Part shown: one piece after another, positions 13,416 through 27,800 of the stretch
Layout: each line of letters begins with the position of its first letter
Numbering within the stretch: the stretch's first letter is position 1
Assembly: GCA_051294905.1 (NCBI GenBank)
Contig: CM119371.1
Location: 41,294,001-41,358,000 of the forward strand
DNA length: 64,000 nucleotides
Direction: 5' to 3'
From: Botryllus schlosseri
Lineage: Eukaryota
Translations under genes and position numbers: made by a program
The notes under the pieces: model-generated
What the model was told of the DNA's origin: nothing
Databases searched by the model: none
What the model saw: only the letters and a program-made list of their open reading frames with translations

Positions 13416-14499
13416 TAGGGCTGTGTCTCAAACAAAAAGCAATTTAAAACAAACATGTTTAAAACAAGGCCCTTGTTTGAAACCTGTCTTTTCCAAGCCA
13501 TGGCGTCACGCATATTCTATGTTGATGTCCTAATGGATTCATGAATTGAATGAATTGAAAATATTGGGTCAATTCATCAGAATATTCATTCCGTACAAAT
13601 GTTCTATATTCTATATCTAAGTACTATATAGCCGTTCAACCGACTATTTGGAGGGTTCAAACCCTCCCATATCGTACGTAGGGTTTAACGGGTGGTAATC
13701 ATCGTCCGTAGGCTCATACAACATGTTTTGAAAAGTATTTACATAATTATGGCATAATTAGGCCTACAATGTCATAACACATTTTTTAGAAGTTTTTTTT
13801 TAAAAACACAGTTTAAAACAACATTGTGTTTTAAATACAACATCAATATATAGTGCACTACGCAACTATAATCATCGCTACTCGCCAATATGTAATTTGG
13901 AGAACATTGGTAATATATATGCTGGCTGTGTCTCAATTTGTAGCTCGGTCAATTAAGCGACATACGGAGGGTCACATTTAAAACAAAAGCATTTTTCAAA
14001 AAAGATTTTTTTTCGAAAAATTGTATGCGCTAATTAGGCCTATGCCACAATTGTGTAAATACTTTCCAAAATCATGTTTTATAAGCTTACGTACGATTAC
14101 CACCCGACATAGCCGACGTATACGATATGGGATGGTTGTAACCCTCGAAATAGTCGGTTCAACAGCTATAGTCCGTACATATAGATCAGTCGTTCTTCTT
14201 CGCGATGTAGATCATTTGTGCAGAATGAATATTCCTATGATGATGACCGCCGACTGTAAAAACGCTGCAAGATGATATAGTCCTGATGGATAAAGATATT
14301 TTTAGTCCGTATATGGCAGGGTTTGGAAGACTATTTCGTCAAAGGAGCTATATTTACCCTATATTTTCAACGGCCAATCACTATGACGTCACAATCGAAT
14401 ATTCGTGCCGCCATGACGTGAAAAAAAAACATATTTTAAACAAGATCCTTGTTTCAAACATGTTTGTTTCAATTGATTTTTGTTTTCAATGCAACCCTA
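13416..14499. mobile_element. Two adjacent, oppositely oriented copies of the family A hAT MITE (about 13416-13841 and 13967-14499)
   Basis: Share TTTAAAAC(A) arrays and the core CGATATGGGATGGTTGGAACCCTC with other family A copies. Confidence 0.7.
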
Positions 14500-15722
14500 A
14501 CCACTAGATCCAAAACTTGTACTACAAAGATACCTGGGATATCTAGAGTTATAGATATCCCTGTAAAAATACCCTTGACATACGACATATGTTTTATGTC
14601 TGCAGCCGTTGAGTTCTAATCATCTGGTATTGAAATCGTCGTGTTCTATTTGTGTCGAGAAAGACTCCTCCTAATTGCTGACCAGCGGTTATAAATAACA
14701 CCATGTCAAGTGATATTCTAAACATGAGGTTGTATGGTCGGCGGGAGAATCTCAGATCACAAAATCGACAACGCATTCAATTCGACGCCAAGTTCGAACA
14801 AGGCACGAAATGTAACAGTTCACTCGCAACGACAGTAGGTTTAGGATTTCTCCTCCTTACATGCCAAATAGCGCCATTGATTTCATTCTACATCGGGGCA
14901 ACCAAATTGTTTATAACCGTTGACCTCGCATTTTCGAAAACATATCGTACTGTTAATTATTTGAAACGCAAATGATTGCTCCGAAGCGGCAACTCGGGAA
15001 TTGAGTTTGCTTCAGTGAATAAGTTTTCAGGAAATAGTTCGCAATATCGTATATTGTATCAAATCGGCTAGGACTAACGTTCAAGATGAAAGTACCTATA
15101 AAATATAGAATGATCCGCAAGATATGTGCTACTTATGTAGTAACAGATGTGGATCTATCATAATTGCATCGCGTCATGTTACGATTCAGCACCTACAGCG
15201 ACATCGCGTATTGATATATGTTTGATGTAGATTTAAATAATATAATATTACTCGTGAATATCATTACTTTCACAGTACCGCACACTGGAAACATCTTATA
15301 TCTACTCTGATACTGTCTAACATATTCTAACCGTCACTTTGAGAGGCGATCCGTGGAGCCTCACATGAGATTTGATTGTCAACCGCCATCATCGCGTACT
15401 TTATGTCAAGTCCTTGGTTACCATGATATTTTCTATTCGCGTTATCTCGATGGATGTATTGTTTGTTTGTAGTAGCTCGGTTTAGTTCATTGTATTCAAG
15501 AATTTCAATAACACAGTCCGCGTTAGGCCGAATTTATATCCATTCAAATCTACAATTGTATGATGTTGATGGATGACACAAAAGATTGGAAATCACCATC
15601 GATTGGAGGTGATTATCTACGTCAGCGGTGACCGAGTCGCGACCCACGAGATTACTACATGCTGCGACTAGGGTTAGACGAAATCGAGTACGTGATTGGT
15701 TCGATTACTAAACGGGTATTAG

Positions 15723-16304
15723 TAGGGTTGCATTTAAAACAAATGGTGTTTTAAACAATTTATTTAAAACATGTTTTAAACCGTGTTTTAAACAGTGTTT
15801 TAAAAAAATGCCTTTTTGAAAAAATCAAAATTGTGTTCTTTTTCAAACACTGTCTAATTATACCATAATTGTGTAAACACGCCTGAAAACCGTGCACTAT
15901 GAGCCTTCGGACGATACGCACCCAAAATAGTCGACGTATACGATGTGGGGTGGTTGGAACCCTCGAAATCGTCATCGGTTCAACAGTTTATGCACGTCGA
16001 TATAGATCATTGGTACGGGGTGGGTGTTTTGATGATGATGATGATCGACGACCGTGAAAATGCTGCATAGCGATGTATTCCTGGTTAAAGATATTTTTGA
16101 TCTGTTTATGACAGTAATCGGAAGCCCTTTTCGTCGAATGGAGCCATATTTACCATACATTTTCAATTGTCAATGGCAGTCCGCGGTGACGTCACAATAT
16201 TCGTGACGTCAGACTAAAGAAACAATACAAAACACGTTTCAAACAAGAGCCTTGTTTTAAACTTGTTTGTTTAAGAACTGATTTTTATTTTAAATGCAAC
16301 CCTT
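15723..16304. mobile_element. Family A hAT MITE, about 580 bp
   Basis: TIR TAGGGTTGCATTTAAAA / TTTTAAATGCAACCCT; eight copies seen in the window. Confidence 0.85.
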
Positions 16305-17139
16305 AGTATCAGGTGTCGAGTTGAGTATTCGAGTATATCTCATAATAGTATGCACAACGTACGCGTACAATGACGGTAGCAAGCTAGATTCGGATAGCGG
16401 ATTTGAGTGCCCGAATCGCTGCAGGCCTACCCAGCCCGACCCATGAGATAAAGTTAGAGACACCAGGAAATGAAAATGAATTTCGTAAAGTTCAATTAAA
16501 TTGCAAGATGTCAATCAATCCGCTGCTTTCAACACCACCATTATTCGCTACAAAATGACGCTGACACGGCTTTTAACAACAGCAGTCTCTCAAAGACGAA
16601 CACGAGAATTACTCTGAATGCGCTTTGATAACAATGCTCCGATACTTTTTGAGAAGGACGATCGTCGATCCAAAATCTATAAACGTATAGCTTTGAAAAT
16701 CCATTATAGTTCGCAATTTACGATGCGCTCCTTTATTTTATTGTCCAATAAAATCAAGCGCTCCACGGAGAACAGGATAATCCGATTTAAAGTACTATAT
16801 CTCTGATGTCTGCCGTTGCATTATTATTGTCCGACATCAATAATATGATAGCTCGCGAAGCGATTCATTTGTACAGAGACGTCAAACGTACAGTGAAAAA
16901 CGTGAATAGAAGTTGTCATCGTCACAGAAGGCAACGCAACCTTGTCCGTGCATGACAAAATTTGTTGTTGTTATGGTATTATTGGTGTTTCGAACACTGT
17001 GCTCAATTGTTAATTTACACCAGACCAATATTCTTTATTATGATTCAATATCTGCTGACTTGTAGGGTAGGCTGGGTAGCACGGCCCACTCTCGATTTAG
17101 GCCTCAGTAATGCACCGCTTACGTGGATCATGTGGCGAG

Positions 17140-17312
17140 CAATGTTCCCTCTAAGCTGCGCACGTGCGCAAATGCGCAGTGCTGACATGGTCTCTGCGCA
17201 CAGAAAATATACGTTGGGCACAAAAAATCCGAAGTGATGACCTTTTTTTTAGTCGTTACGCACTGTTGTCCACGGGTCTGCGCAGACTCGTCAAAAATTA
17301 GAGGGAACATTG
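17140..17312. mobile_element. hAT MITE with CAATGTTCCCTC termini (relatives at 34596-35075 and 55454-55651)
   Basis: Exact 8-bp TSD GTGGCGAG; the 55454 copy has exact TSD GTCATACG. Confidence 0.85.
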
Positions 17313-17492
17313 GTGGCGAGGTGACGTACGACCAAAGCAAACTACGCCTAAAACAAAGCGTGTCTCTCTCGCCTGACCAGTATTTGCAATCACGCTTTAC
17401 CTAATAAGATCATAGTATTTCTTTGTTACATTTATATTTACATGATGAAAGAACCTTGTAACATTAGAAGCCAATCGCAGTAGATGGTAGAT

Positions 17493-18335
17493 CAGGGGCG
17501 GGCAACTTCTCCTATCGGCGGGCCGGATGTAGGAAAATTAAGTAGGCCTACTTGGCGGGCCAGATAGCTGAATCGATACATTATTCGCCATTATTCCACA
17601 TACACAAGGAATAAATCACATGTAATGAATTTATTGTACAGCAATGTCATTTCAAAGCCATTTGTCGCCGATAATGACGAAGACAATGTGGATTTAAGAA
17701 CAACATTGTCATAGAGGCGCCGCCATGTCTGCTTCTCACTGACCAATCAACACATGGTGCAATTCCTAATTAAGATTTCAAAGCGTTCGTTAAGCCCGGT
17801 ACCCCAAATTTACCAAGATATCAATTCATTAGGGTTGAGCACATCGTAAATGCCGATAATGCAAGTCTTCTCGCTTCTACGCACGTATACGCTTAAGCTC
17901 CACTCTCGCACACATTCTCGGTAATGTCCATTCTCGGTAATGGTTTTCTCGGTATTGGTATAGAACCACCGCGGCCCTGGTCTGCCGAGATTCCCCACTA
18001 CTTGCTTACTACGTCGGTCCTCTTCCAATACCGACAAAATCATTACCGAGAACGGCCAGTGTCAAGAATATAACTTAGGCCTACTGAGAAGGCGTTGTCG
18101 AGAAATTTATATCTGAGAATCGACGCCGAATGTGGCAAAGCTGTCATGCACATGCACACGACCTGTACATATGCATAACATGCCTGCATTGCATACATTG
18201 CATTCTCGGTGGTGTCCATTGTCGGTAATGGCTTTCTCGGCAATGATTTTCTCGGTATTGACCGGACACCGGCAGGCGGGTCACATTATCAACTAAGACG
18301 GTAAACTGTCCGCGGCCCGTATGTTGCCGCCCCTG
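17493..18335. mobile_element. hAT element with CAGGGGCG termini, containing a nested repeat rich in TTCTCGGTA motifs
   Basis: CAGGGGCGGGCAAC / GTTGCCGCCCCTG; TSD TGGTAGAT/TTGTAGAT. Confidence 0.75.
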
Positions 18336-19094
18336 TTGTAGATTGATAGACATTTGGTTCGTATTTGCCTCGATACGCTCTGCGTGGAATTGCGATAATT
18401 TTCTCTTGATACAGCGGTAGACGACGTTCTCATGATGACCGTCATAAAGTATAAATTTACCGATGTAGTCAAGCTCCGAATTCAGTACCTAGTTACCCGA
18501 ACACACAATCAATGCTTTTATGCACGGGGGTGCCGAAAGAGGTAGATTTTATAGGGTCTATAGGACTAAATCTGTGGTTCACAGCCTTTTTTGACTCATC
18601 CTCAGATATTAATCCCGACACAAATTTTCGACCCCATATTTACGGACCCGAAAAAGGGTTCATATAATCGGGAGATTTATTCACCTAACTCTATTATCGC
18701 TGGTGAATTTACTAAAAAATGCCATTTCCGAGGTGGTATTAGGTGCTCGGAAAACCGGGTTCCGCGTCATATCCAGAATAGGCCACCTTCACGTGCATTT
18801 TTCACAGTGTTAATTAAATATATCTCACTTGAAGTTTTGACATTTTCGCCACGTAGTCACCCCTTTTGATATTTTCACCCCCATTATGTCTCAAGATCGC
18901 CCACGTTGGGAACCACCGGACGAAATGACATCCAACGTTTTGTTCATAGGAATTGGTCTGCGAATGCTGGTTTCCTGAAAAAAGGGATTCAAATTTGTAG
19001 GTATCTTGCTTTATGGTATCTTGCTTTTGATAAAACGGTGGCCCATAATGACCGACGCATGTTGACCAAACCTTCGATATCAATAAGTCCGAAT

Positions 19095-21121
19095 TAGGTA
19101 TGCATTTAGAACAAATGGTGTTTTAAAACTCTTTGTATAAACATGCTTTAAACCAGTGTCTCCCAAACTTTTTTGAGCTACCGCCCCCCTGGACAACGAA
19201 TGAAGTGCCACCGCCCCCCGACACCCCCTCCCCCACCACGCCTGATCGTAAAACGAAAGTTGTTCTGCATTTACTACAGCTAATAATGAGACGAATGAAG
19301 CTGGTGTATCATTATCATCATTCTCGTCATATTGGGTTTGATTTTTGATAGGAAATATATCACTCTAAAATCTCCCGTGTTCACTTCATGAAGGCCTACT
19401 GGCAAGTCGGTTTCTGCTGTAAGTCCGGAACTTGGTCACGGCAACACGTTCTATTAAATATGAGTGGGGAAGGGCAATGACAATAAAGCCAACCCGACTC
19501 CAGTGAGAGTGTTTATTTTTTATTCAATTGTGTATCCAGAACGATTGATTGGAGATATTGAACTTTTGAACTCAAAATTGTTCTACACTGCAATTAGGGT
19601 TACCATATTTTGAGAATCTGAAAAGAGGACGCTATTTAAAAACTTTCAGACTTACAATACTGAAGTAAAATCCGTAAAAAAAATTTCCCGAGTTCGCGGC
19701 AGGTTGACTAGAAAATGATATTTTCTGGCTCACGTCCCAAAAAATCCACCAGACCGTTACTCGAGCGCTGATTTCCTTTATATCAGTCTAATTACAACGT
19801 ACATTTAACCAAAATTTTTAAAAAATAGGACAAATTCTCGAAAAAGATGACATTTAGGCGTCCTCCGAGGACACTTTCATAAAAGTCCAAAAAGATGACA
19901 AATCCTTCTAAAAGAGGAAGTATGGTAACCCTAACTACAATGTAAACCGCTGCTCAAACATTTCATGCCTGGAAACTACACAGAATGGATTGATTATCCG
20001 GTGAGGAATTTCTAATTGGAATATATCCTGGAACCAAGTCACCATCCTCGTGTAATTTTGTGAGATGATTGATTCATGTTTCTCCATCAAAATCAGACAT
20101 TCGAGCTGGAACGGTAGCTCAAAGCAGTGCCATCCGGTTTCATCATTACTAAGAACAGATATGTTGTACCCTTAAATCTTGAGAAATACAACCGTCAAGT
20201 ATGAGTGAGGTCGTTTCTTGCAACCACAACGCCGTGTCGAAGGCCACGGTGACAGCGCTGTGGAAAATCAACGATCGTTTGAAACAGATGATAAAATCAC
20301 GCAAGACAGTTTCTCTTAAAAAGCCATCACATCTTGCAGTGAGCAATAACTGCTCAAATATACTTTCTAGTTCTCACAGCAGCACACAATGAACCACGCT
20401 TCTCGGGGATGCTGCCGAATGGCGACTGCCAAATTAGTCTATTGATGAGCAGGAATAACATTGTCAAGTAACAATGGACTTTTCCGGTGCAGCTGAATAA
20501 ATGGACGGACGACCCTAATTTGCCCTTACTGAATCTATTATGCATTTTTACTGAGAACCTAGCTGCGTTATTAATCAATCGTTTCAACACTATACGCAGT
20601 AGTTGCCTTTTAAACCTCTACCGCCCGTATTTGCTCTCAGCGCCCCCTTACCGCCCAATTTTCTAGCCAGCGCCCCCCCAATCGCCCATTTCATGGCCAG
20701 CACCCCCTTCACGCTCGCGAACGCCCCCAGGGGGGCACTGGCGCCCACTTTGGGAACCACTGCTTTAAACAGTGTTTTAAACTAAGGCCTTCAAAAAAAT
20801 TGTGTTTTTTCAAGTTGTAAAATCATGCCATAATTGTGTAAATACTTTCCAAAAAACATGTTGTATGAGCCTACGGACAATTACTACCCGATATAGCCGA
20901 CGTATATCGATATGGGATGGTTGGAACCCTCAAAATAGTCCGTTCAACATTGATAGTACAGATATTTCGTCAAAGGACCTATATTTACCCTATATTTTCA
21001 ATTGTTAATGTCAATCCACTATGACGTCACAATTGAATTGAATTGAAAAACATGTTTTAAATTAGGGTCTTGTTTTAAACATGTTTGTTTTAAATTGATT
21101 TTTGTTTAAAATGCAACCCTA
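19095..21121. mobile_element. Three nested hAT elements: family A (19095-21121) containing 19154-20762 containing 19595-19933
   Basis: TSDs GTCCGAAT (exact), CTTTAAAC (exact) and ACTGCAAT/ACTACAAT; each element has its own TIRs. Confidence 0.88.
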
Positions 21122-21877
21122 GTCCGAATAGTCCTGTCCTTGCAATCTAAGCCCCGCGGTTCAAATGCCACCCGCGGAGACAAACGATGGCGTCCCGTGA
21201 ATCTGGAATCGTGTGCGTCTCACGATAGGAGTTTTACCTTTGATTAGGTTTGGCGCGTGTAATCGATTCTTCCAATTTCTTTCAAGTAGCGACAATCATT
21301 ACCTGAGATCCCGAAATAACAACATGTCGCAGAAAGTAATCAACAACAACAGGCTGCCCGAGTTTACCGCACGAAAATCAAGCGAACAGTCTTAACCGTG
21401 TGGCATGAGCGTGGCCTGATGTTGCCCTAAATTCTCGATGACATCACCGACTGGGAAAGACTCAAAATTGAAAAATTTGAGATGACTTGAATCGACTCAA
21501 ATCACTTTGAAAATTTGTCAGACTTGACTAGTCGACAACTTTAAAATAACCCGACTTGACTCGATCCAATCCTTGCTGTGACTCGAAATGACTCTGATGT
21601 AGTCATCTGATCCCAAAAGATGGCATATGCGGAAATCATGAACTTTTGTACTCATAATCAGATGGAATGGTTTGATTACTTTAATTTCCTATAATAGTCT
21701 GGCGTGTTTGGAAATGAGAAAACCTTCCTATGGCTTGATATCATGCAGTATCGAGTGATATCATTCGTCTTAGTCTTAAATGTATGCTGTCGATGGAAAT
21801 ACTAAACCACAAAATAATATATTAGCAGCGACGAGTTTATTGAGCGCTATAGCTTCATGACTGCAGATAAGCATGCG

Positions 21878-24800
21878 ATGTGGATGTACAAGCATTACGT
21901 CGTGGCGGTACTAACATTGCCTTTGCTGGGCGCGATCTGTAAGTGGATTTGTGCGGAATATTTAGGCATCTGTATAGTGGATTGTACGCTACGCTGTAAA
22001 TACATCGGAGAGGGATGGGAAATAGGTATATTCACTAGATTTTCAGATATACAGGTAGCCGGGAAAGAGACGACTTCCTAAATAGAATAGGACACCACCA
22101 TAGCTTCCGAAGACGAAACATGTTACATCGCACATTCCGAACTAGGCATAATATATGTGGCAGACATCCGTACCCAGTATTGGCAAATTTATGTAAGCTA
22201 TGATAATATATCGTCTATAGTCTATAGGTATAATCATGGTTCGATCTTGGGTTGCATTTAAAACAAAAATCAATTATTAAACAAACATGTTTGAAGCAGA
22301 ACACTCGTTTAAATCATGTTTTTCATTGCTTTTTTTACCCATGACGTCACGAATCCCTAATCATGACGTCACAGCGGATTGGCTTTGTAAATTGAAAATA
22401 TAGTGTATATATGGCCCATTCGAGGAAAAGGCTTCCGATCACTGTCATAAACAGACCAAAATATCTCTAACTGGGACTATATCGCCAGGAAGCATTTTAC
22501 GGTCGGCGTTGATCATCATCAGAACACCCATTCCGTACCAATGATCAATATATATATGCGTTATAACTGCTGAACCGATGTCGATTTCGAGGATTCCAGC
22601 CACTTCACGTCGTATATACGTAGGCTTATACTACATGTTTTTACGAAAGTATTTGCACAATTATGGGATAATTATACAACGTATAAAAACCACAATTCGT
22701 TTCAAAAAGCATTTTTTTTAAACACTGATTAAATGTAAAACAAGTTTCAAGCAAAGCGTTTTAACACACCATTTGTTTCAAATGCAGCTCTAAAGTTTGA
22801 ATCCTACCATGGTCACGTGCAGAGTTTTTGCGGTATTCATGGTGTTTGTCGATTACTATGGTCATTTACACCAGGCCAATGTGCTTCATTTTAATTCCGT
22901 AGCTGCCGACTTGTAGCATGGCCCATCTCTGGGCCTTTTATAAGACACCGCTTACACGGATGAGATGGCGAGGAGGAGCCGAGATAAACCTCCAACACTT
23001 GGGTGGGAATTCCGTAGTCGACCTCGGTCGGACTAGAACCCGCAACCCTTTGGTGTAGCAGCAGTGAATTGTACCACTCCGTTATCTCGCCACCACGTGC
23101 AGAGTTCGTCAGCATCGAGCTATAATAGTTTTACTTTACCAAAGAACTGTCAAGTGCGTTTTATATGGGTCCTCTACTCATCCAACTACACGCTCCGATT
23201 TTAAACAGTTTCGTCTGATGCAACAGTTTTCGAAACCGAATTGCTTGTTTTCAACTCGTTGGTATGTTCAGCAAAAACTATCAGCCTATTTGGCTAGATT
23301 TGCATCAGCTTCGTGATTAAGATTGCCGCGCCAACTGGGCGATGCGGGACAATAGATTATAATTTCGAAAATTTCACCTGTATCTCCACCGAATTAGTTG
23401 ATCTGCAATAGTCACAAAGGTGGATGTTACAGGTTTGAAAACTGTCGCCAGCGACTGACTGACAGAAGTCCGCCGTGCATCAAGGTTGGACAACTAAAAA
23501 AAACTACAGCTTTTCCGATTTAGCCTTGAATTAGAATTACTGAATTCGCAAAATTTTATTCCGAATAAGAAAGAAATACAGAGTTTAGTTCGTATATCAA
23601 ATCTAATTTGATTACCACAAGCATGTAAACGGCAAATGTCTGTACATCAAGCTTGGTTCGTTCCGCACAATAGAGTTCTCGTTCAGCATTTTCAGGAAAA
23701 CCGGAAATTAGACTAGGATCAAAATAAGCGCAAAGAAACGTCTTAAATGAGATTGGAGTTATATCGGTATCTCTCTCTAATTAGTTTAAGCTGGTAGTCA
23801 TCCTTATTTACATACCAATGTAGTCAAACAACGAATAGAGTCTCACAATATTTTTCAGATGAACCTGACGCAAATCACGAACAGAAGATTCTCTGCGACA
23901 ATGGAACAAAATATATAGACGTGGAGCAATTTTGCGACGGAATAAAGCAATGCAGGTCATCATGATTAGAGTCCGACCGAAATTGGATTTTTGGGCCGAT
24001 ACCGATAAAACCGATGTCTAACAGTACTAACACCTTCACTTCACCGATAACACCGGTGTATTCAGCCGATGTTCAAATAAGGTGGAACCAACCTCAAAAG
24101 GCGCATTTTCAAAATTTCAGACCATTTATTTCAACAGCTTTACAGCCATTGTCATACTCGAACATGAAATAAACTAGAAAGGCTGCCTCAGGACACCTTG
24201 AAAGTGTAAGCTATATGAAATACAGCAATTTTCCTGGTCTAGCGATTGAGGATTATAGTTTTCTGACTTCCTACCACCATGTTGTGATGTCACGATAATT
24301 GCCAATATTTGTCACCTCCAATGGCCGATACCGATATTTTTTTCAAAGAGTGATATCGATTCGATATTATCGGTCGGGCTCTAATAATGATACATCTTAC
24401 AAGCTTATGTAGTAGTTGTGGTAGAGTCTTATAGTTGGGTTGCATTTAAAACAAAAGGTTGTTTAAATCACTTTGTTCGAAACATGTTTTAAACAGTGTG
24501 TTAAGCAAAGGCGTTTTAAGAAAAAATAAAATTTTGTTTTTCAAGTTGTATAATTATGCCATAATTGTGTAAATACTATCCAAAAACATGTTGTATGAAC
24601 TTACGTACGATGATTACCACCCGATATAGCCGACGTATACGATATGGGATGGTTGGCACCCTCGAAATAGTCGGTTCAACAGCTATAGTACGTAGATATA
24701 GATCATTGGTACGGAATGAATGTTCTGATGATGATGACCGCCGACCGTGAAAATGCTGCGAGACGATGTATTCCTGGTTAAAGATATTTTTAGTCCGTAT

Positions 24801-27800
24801 ATGACAGGGGTTGGAGGCCTATTTCTTCAAAGGAGATATGTTATCCCTGTATTTTCAATTGTGAATACCAATCCACTATAGCATCACAATTGAATATGAG
24901 TGACGTCATGACTTAGAAAAAACAATAAAAAAACATGTTTTAAACAAGGGCATGGTTTTGAACATGTTTGTTTTAAACACAACCCTACTTCTAGCACAGT
25001 TTAACTTGATGTAATCACAGTACTCAGAAAACAGACAGTAAGTTAAATAATATATGGATGGATTCAATTAGCGTCTCCTTTGATATCCTATATTTATCCA
25101 GCTCAACTTTACACTTAATTAGGAGAGGAACATCATTTCAAAATATCCAATTAAACCTCTAATATTTTTAGTGATGGATCTGACGAACCGTACTACCGAA
25201 ATTCTTTCAACTACAGCAAAGAGGTTATCGTCTGTCAGAGACGGCTCAACGGTAGCGACGGTAGAGTGTGCATTTTACCGGAATCGCTTCGTCCACGATA
25301 TAAAGACCTGTGCATTAGCGGTAGGAGAAAAATTGCGAGTGATTCGCAAATGCACTGTGGTATCTCAGAACATCAACTACATGTAGAGGTGTTCAAAGCT
25401 AGGTTTACTATATTTTTGAAATCTGAAAAGAGGACAGTTTTCCGAAATTTTCAGACTTGCAAAACCGAAGGAAATCCTAAAAAATGTTAAATTTTTCCCA
25501 CTTCGTGGTCGATTGACTAAAAAAATAAAGGTCAACTTTCCGGCTCAAATCTTGAAATACAGTTTTTTTTTCACTTTATCCGTTGGTTGACTAAAATATA
25601 AAAAAAGGTTAAACTTTCCGGCGGAGCTCCCGGAATACCCGCCGGAGCGTTACATCAGTGCTGATTTACTGTATCTAAGTCGATTTAGCCATATATTTAA
25701 CCAAAAAATATGACAAATCCTCTCGAAAGAGGACGTATGGTAACCCTATTCAAAGCAGAGCTGGTCTAAGTAGGCTGTAGTTGGCATTACTTCTGAAGTG
25801 GAAGTGGGGAATGGCGATACAGCCGTACATTTCTACTCAATTACAAGTATAGACGTAGGTCGAACTGCCAAAATGAACATTCGCAAACAGAATTTACGAC
25901 ACTAGGCATGAATGGGATATGTTTGAATTGAATTTTCATGAGAGAATCCTAACTTATATATTACTTAGTTATAGATGTATAGTATTGGTGATTCGAGACA
26001 AAGGGACCCTGGTCAGGCACAATGTTCCATAAACGACATAGCCTGCTTATAATTGTAAAGAAGCAAATCACCGATGACTGAAATAGCGCTGCTCAAGTAG
26101 CCTTAATCGTAAGCAAATGTAAAACATCATTTATGTGGTCACATACCTATATGTGAAAGCAATTTTATCGCTTGATACTTGAACGTTAGAATCGTCGTTG
26201 CAGACAATTGTAACAATACCAGAAAAATGAAGTAGCTCGCGTACCCGAAACTTTCTCTCGCTCACCCCGGTCCTAGGGGTACGCGTGCCCAATTATCAGT
26301 ACCCTTTTCGTAGACGGTGGGTTTTCTCCCATCAAATTTATATTCACATACCGATTGTACATACACTACATAGGAAGTCCAGTTTGCACCCAGAGTGTGT
26401 CTGAGATGCGGGATATCGTATTTCTTATTGACGGTAGCGGGTCCATCAGGTCGGGAGACTTCCGACTGGTCAAGAAGTGGATCTTGGAAATCGTGGACCA
26501 GTTACAACCCTACAAGCTGAAACCAGCGATGAAGCCTCGGATCGTGATAGTGCAGTTTTCTCGCAACGTCACAATAGAACTTGAAACAACGATACAAGTG
26601 TCCTCCTCTGAAATAAAAGATCGCGTGGAGGAGATTAAACAGCTCAGAAAAGTGACGCGAACTTATAACGCGCTGCATTTTATAAACCAGAACGTATTGC
26701 CGAATACTAGGCAAGCTTCCTTCAACGTCCTGATTACGGTAACTGATGGAGACGCAAGTGATATCGCTGAGCGCAACGCACACGCCATCAATGAAACCAG
26801 AAGAAAATTCAACTTGATGTTCGCGATAGGCGTTGGATCACTTCATGATAACATATCACTCGATCTGTCGAAAGGAACTGAGCCTATCATCGTCGGATCA
26901 TTCACCTCCCTTTTTAATATCACAGAGTTCGTGGCGAAGAAATGTTATTCCCGAGGTGAATATTTCTTTATACAACTTGAAGTCTGCTATGCACCGGAGT
27001 CTGATAACTAGAAATCTTCACCTTTAGTTGCTGACGATTACCCCTGAAGAGTGTTAGCCGAAAAGATTCTGTTTTGTTTCTATATGAATAATGAATATGT
27101 TATTCAATTCTCCAATGTAGCTTACAATTATAAATACAGCTGTACAGTTTTTCAATCTCAAATTAGACCAGAAATACTAAATTCGTAAAATCTTTCCGAA
27201 TTGGGAAGAAATATGACAGGAATCAAGCTCAATTCATATCAAATCAGGGCTCATTCCCATAAGCGTAAGAAACGCAAATATCTTTAGGCTACACCTAGCC
27301 TGGCAAGATTCGCACTGTACAACAGTGATCCAGTAGCATTTTTCAAGAAAACTTTAAATTGAATCAGAATTAGAATCAGAGCATATAAACTAGCGTTGCC
27401 ATATTCTGATGTCCGGAAAGGGGGGACACTTTTCACAGGCTGCAAAGGTTACTGTAACGGACGAGTAAATGGGAAACTTCTATATTTATAAAGCTAATTT
27501 CATTGGGTTGACTAAAAAAGATAATTTTTCAAACTCGACTTCCGAAGTACCCGTGGTCCGTCGGTATGGCCAACATCTTCCGTAATTCGTCGTATTTTGG
27601 GGCATTTTGCTAATAAGAAGGGCAAATTTCCACAAATGAGCATATTTGGGCGAAGGGACGACATTTCTTGAAAAGGGGGACAGATCCTCCTAAATGAGGA
27701 CGTATGGTAAGATCGAATGACATTATACCGGCATTTTACTCTTATCATACAACTTAAATTATCCCCAATCAACTTATTCTAACTACCAACTTCCACTAAT

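Larger units (their letters stand above)
21658..23350 (+). repeat. Local paralogous duplication of 1-570 and 5590-5850
   Basis: GGAATGGTTTGATTACTT...GGCAGACATCCGTACC matches 1-560; ATCGAGCTATA...CTGTCAAGTGCGTTTTATATG...TTTGGCTAGATTTG matches 5640-5800. Confidence 0.85.

Noticed and set aside
22990..23093. tRNA genes (also near 29770-29846 and 35361-35430)
   Set aside because: A and B boxes are present but are followed by SINE bodies and tails; no complete cloverleaf.
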